Origin: Octopus bimaculoides
Lineage: Eukaryota
Assembly: GCF_001194135.2 (NCBI RefSeq)
Contig: NC_068986.1
Coordinates: 15,583,544 to 15,621,948 of the forward strand
Reading direction: 5' to 3'
DNA length: 38,405 bases
In this document: positions 34,510-38,405 of the stretch, piece after piece
Numbering within the stretch: the stretch's first letter is position 1
Layout of the letters: each line of letters starts with the position of its first letter
Notes under the pieces: generated by a model
What the model saw: only the letters and a program-made list of their open reading frames with translations
Databases searched by the model: none
Told to the model about the DNA's origin: nothing
Translations under genes and position numbers: made by a program

Positions 34510-35595
34510 ATGATAACAACTAAACTACGTTGAGAGATTTTCTCGTATGAGTACAAACAGGGTCGGTGTGCTGCAGAAGCTCTACGGAATACCAAGTGGG
34601 CCTTTGGTAATGGTTTTGTAGACATCAAAACTGTTCAGTGATGGTTCCAAAGCTCTCGTTTAGGAGAAGATAGCCTTGAAAATAAACCAAGGCTCAGACC
34701 AAAATCAGTTATTCGCCATGATGGATTAAATGCTTTGGTTGAACAAAACAGGAAAACAAAGCTTCGAAAACTTTCGTCAGATCTTCAAAAATCTCGCACA
34801 ACTGTTTTTTGACACGTGTAAAAAATTGGATAAGTCGAGAAAACGGAAAGGTTTGTTCCACATCAACTGATCGAGATTCAAAAAACAGACGCTTTGAAGT
34901 GTGCCTCTTATTACTTTCTCGACTTCAAAATTGCTATTTTTGCATCAAATCATTACTTGTGATGAGAAATGATTCTCTTTGACAACAGTAGGAGAACATG
35001 ATAGTTATTGGATGCAGGAGAGTCACCTAAACACTATCGAAACCCACCATTGCACCCTAAAACGTTAGTGGTCACTCTATGGTGGTCTGTGAAGGGAGTT
35101 ATTCATTATTCATTCTTGCAACAAGGAAAAACGGTAACAGCAACATCGTATTGTCATGACATTGATTGTATGCATGAAAATTTGAAAAGGAAACAACCCA
35201 GATAAGTGAATAGAGATGGCCCAGTTTTGCTCCTAGACAATGTACGTCCTCACACTCCTGAAGCTGGGGTCCAAAATTGCAATGCCTCAATTATGAGATC
35301 CTCCCTATTCCACTGATATCTCACCTGCTGATCATCGCATATTTAAACATTTTGAGCTTTTCATAAGCAATAAAATCTTCTTAAAAAGAGAAGAGTAAAT
35401 TAAAACATTCGGACGTTTTATCACAGCAACAGAGAAAATTTTTTAGAGATGGAATATATGACATACGAAAACGTTGTGTAAACGACATAAATGAACTTGG
35501 ATCATACTTTGATTAAATAAATCCGTTCTCTAACACTTCTGAAACACTTTATTGTTCCCCTTCGAATATGACATTTCATATGAAACAACCTAATA
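34510..35595 (+). mobile_element. Decayed mariner (DD34D type) transposon: near-complete transposase pseudogene plus 3' TIR
   Basis: MITTKLR*EIFSYEYKQGRCAAEALRN..KTVQ*WFQ..LENKPR (HTH region); FVPHQL; ITCDEK*; HPKTLVVTLWWSVKGVIHYSFL; NRDGPVLLLDNVRPH; SPADHRIFKHF; FRDGIYDIRKRC..GSYFD* (stop 35514-16). The 3' end ...atgaaacaacctaaTA resembles mariner TIRs ending CAACCTAA plus TA. No matching 5' TIR found. Confidence 0.9.
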
Positions 35596-35867
35596 CATTC
35601 GCTGAGTCAGTCAACAAGAGAGCCTAATATCGTTTTACTCTCCTTACAATTTGTATAATTATACATGGTTCTAGTGAAACAGAGGTGCATTTTCTGATAT
35701 TGATATCAACATTCAAACTGAACAATTTGATTTTATCAATGAAAGTAGGAAAGTATTCACATTTTTATCAAAATATACTACCGGTTTCTTTCACTTTTAG
35801 GAGATACAATCCTGGTGATATAAATGGAAAAATAAACTAAAAGTCTATTTAATCAAAATTTCATTAT

Positions 35868-36078
35868 GTCACTATTTTGTTTCCTTCATTCATTTGACTG
35901 CGTCCATGCTGGAGCAACATTTTTAGTCGAACAAATCAACCCCAGAACTTATTCTTTATAAGCCTAGTACTTATCCTATCAGTGTCCCTTTTGCCGAAAC
36001 ACTACATTACTGGGAGGGAAACACACAAACGTCGCGTGTCAAGTGAGGGTACGGGGACAAATAAAGACTCACAAACAT

Positions 36079-36115
<37 letters not shown>

Positions 36116-36968
36116 TAGATAGATAGATAAAACGTTCATTCATATAGTAAATATATTTATATATATAAGCATATATTCATACATATATTACATACATCTA
36201 TACGTATATATATTTCCATATGTGGGCACAGGACGTCGTGAAACGCGTACAACCCAAAAATATGAGGTATAAGTAAATGGAGTATGAAATATTTTTTCTA
36301 ACAACGAAAGACACAAATGGAAAACAAGAGAAACAACATAAAGAACGACTGTTCATCAGTTGTTTTTCTGCTCTCGTATTTCGAGCATTTAACAACAATG
36401 TACGCTTTCGATAAAACAGTTGCTCCCGCAAAGCAAATTAAATAAAATTGGGGATTTTGCGGAGAATCAAAATTGGTAACAAAAGCAAGACAGTGGACAC
36501 AAACAAGAAATGCAGCTAAGCGTAAACGTGGTTGTGGTGGCGAATGTGTAAATGAAGCTTGGACAGGAGGCAGACAAAAACACGTCTTTCTTGTTCCATC
36601 TACAACGGAGAAATAGAAAGGAACAGAAGTTAGGAGAAGAAAGATGGCCGATGGTCACGTGGGAGCCACGTGAGCAAGGGAGGAGGAGCGAGAGAGAGAA
36701 TGATAGAGTAGTAGGAAAGAATAATGAGAGAAGAGGAGGTAAAAGAATAAGAGAGAGGAAAGGAGTAAAAAGCTCGTTTACAGTGCGCATCAGATTTATT
36801 AAAACAAAACTTGCCTTCTTTCAGTTCTGTGTACCAAATCCACTCACTACGCTGTGGTCGACCCAAGGCTATATTAGAAGGTATTTACCCAATTTTCCAC
36901 GCAGTGGGACTGAACTCCCAACCCTGTAGTGAGTAAGCAAGCTAATTACTACAAAACCACTCCTGCGC
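35868..36968 (-). mobile_element. SINE family B (tail 35868-36075, head 36812-36968) interrupted at its internal microsatellite by copy c of the 650-bp element
   Basis: The tail and head match the other family B pieces. The sequence between them is (CA)n/(GATA)n/TA-rich followed by the 36224-36812 element. Confidence 0.7.
36224..36812. mobile_element. ~650-bp dispersed element, copy c
   Basis: Colinear with copies a and b; lacks about the last 50 bp present in copy a. Confidence 0.7.
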
Positions 36969-37435
36969 CTATTTAACTATTAGCTGAGTAGGTTTGTATG
37001 TAAGCTTACAAACACCACATAGTACTGTTGTTTTCTTCCTTTTTAATTTTTGGTGGGTTGTAGTGCCGGCAGCAGTAGCAGCGTCGGCTGCGAGGAAAAG
37101 TGGCGGCAAAAATAGCTGTCAGTTAGATTAACAGCAGCCGCAGGTACATGAGTAGCTTTAGCATTTGTCCACCTAACTACAAATAATACTAGTTGTGTTA
37201 ATATTAGCAAGGTATGTAGAACTGTGACTGCCGTTCTGTACCTCAATCGAGGTTGGACTTTGTCTTGTTTAGGTTTTTCATACATACTTGAATAGGAAAT
37301 GAAGCCCTACGAAGCATTTGCAACCAGAATCCAAAGAATATCGAGACCTGCACAATCATACAACTAGATATATCAATACTATGGAAGGAAATCCCAGCAG
37401 AAACAGATTTTCCAAACATATCCCATTTTAGGCTG

Positions 37436-37941
37436 CTAAAAACAATAGGTATCCAATGATAAAACATTACGAATTGCCAAATGTTACGCAAAAAAGACAA
37501 GCTACTGAAAAAAGAAAATATATCCAAATGTCATGATGATTAAACATGCTTTGGTGTAGACCAGAGGCTCTGAAACATTTTGGGCCACCGCCCCGCTTAT
37601 GGCCACATAATACCCTTAGCGTCCCAACCCCTATTTGCATTTAAAAAAATTATATTTTACTAATTTATATATACTATGAATCCTTTTATATTTAATATAA
37701 TATTATATAATTTGTATACAATAATATAATAATATGATAAATTCACAAGCGTCCCCAATCTTTCTCCCAATGACTCCTTTTTTCCTACTAAAAACAATAG
37801 ATATCCAATGATAAAACATTACGAATTGCCAAACTTTACGCAACAAAGACAAGCTACTGAAAAAAGATAATATATCCAAATGTCATGATGATTAAACATG
37901 CTTTGGTGTAGACCGGAGGCTCTCAAACATTTTGGGCTACC
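37436..37941 (+). repeat. 154-bp direct repeat pair (37436-37589, 37788-37941), each ending in a hAT-MITE-like 5' end
   Basis: The copies are nearly identical (about 8 substitutions by eye). Each ends in C(A/G)GAGGCTCT(G/C)AAACATTTTGGGC. A candidate opposite end CTTTCAGAACCT lies at ~37983-37994. Confidence 0.85.
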
Positions 37942-38349
37942 ACCCGGATCCTCTCAATGCCCACCGGAGGGAGTGGCACCCACTTTCAGAACCTAGGGTA
38001 TAGGGAAACACAAGAGTGAAAATCTAGATCCTCTGTTTCATTGGATTAAACGGTGAATAAAAACAAATTGATTACTAAAGTGCGTTTGTACGTAATGCAT
38101 TGTATACAAAGTAATTAAATTTGAAAGGCCCTAAGAATAATTGGATCTCACACCCTGACTGTAAACTACGATTTATAGATTTATTGGAAACTCATTGGTT
38201 GTTGTATCAAGTGCCAAGGACATTCAGGTTCTAAGTGCTTACAGGCTACATTATTTAAACATGTTTGTCGGGTTCACATCACGGTACATACAATAAAATA
38301 AAAGAATATGTGTGTGTGAGTGTATGTACGTATGTATGTAAATATATTC

Positions 38350-38405
<56 letters not shown>

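Noticed and set aside
1-38405. CRISPR arrays, rRNA, or prokaryotic operons/promoters
   Set aside because: No regularly spaced repeat-spacer array or rRNA-like sequence is present; the window is eukaryotic repeat-rich DNA.

Overview
AT-rich, microsatellite-dense eukaryotic scaffold segment with 8 N-gaps. The SINE, Penelope, R4/Dong and mariner content points to a coleoid cephalopod, most likely an Octopus assembly (inferred from recognised repeat families, not from a search). The only host-gene content I can support is a tandem, co-oriented (minus-strand) array of four intronless class A (rhodopsin-like) GPCR paralogs spaced about 9-10 kb apart. Two are intact (3075-3902, 275 aa; 12713-13537, 274 aa) and two are pseudogenes with locatable lesions (~23578-24130; 31921-32796). 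The receptors are unusually compact: almost no N-terminus, ECL2 reduced to a few residues, and no TM3-ECL2 disulfide cysteines. They keep GxxxN, LAxxD, (S/I)xER, P5.50, TM6 FxxxxxP and NxxxNxxxY..S(K/Q)xFR. This looks like a birth-and-death, putatively chemosensory receptor family related to the FMRFamide-receptor/srw-like branch. The intergenic DNA is a nest of transposon fossils. The notable ones are a GG-ended, 8-bp-TSD MITE carrying telomere-type repeats that has inserted twice, independently, into nearly the same position of a SINE motif, and a Penelope remnant flanked by ~440-bp inverted repeats. A ~220-bp non-coding block is shared between two duplication units. All translations and alignments were done by eye, and repeat boundaries are approximate (about +/-10-20 bp) unless a TSD or TIR is quoted.
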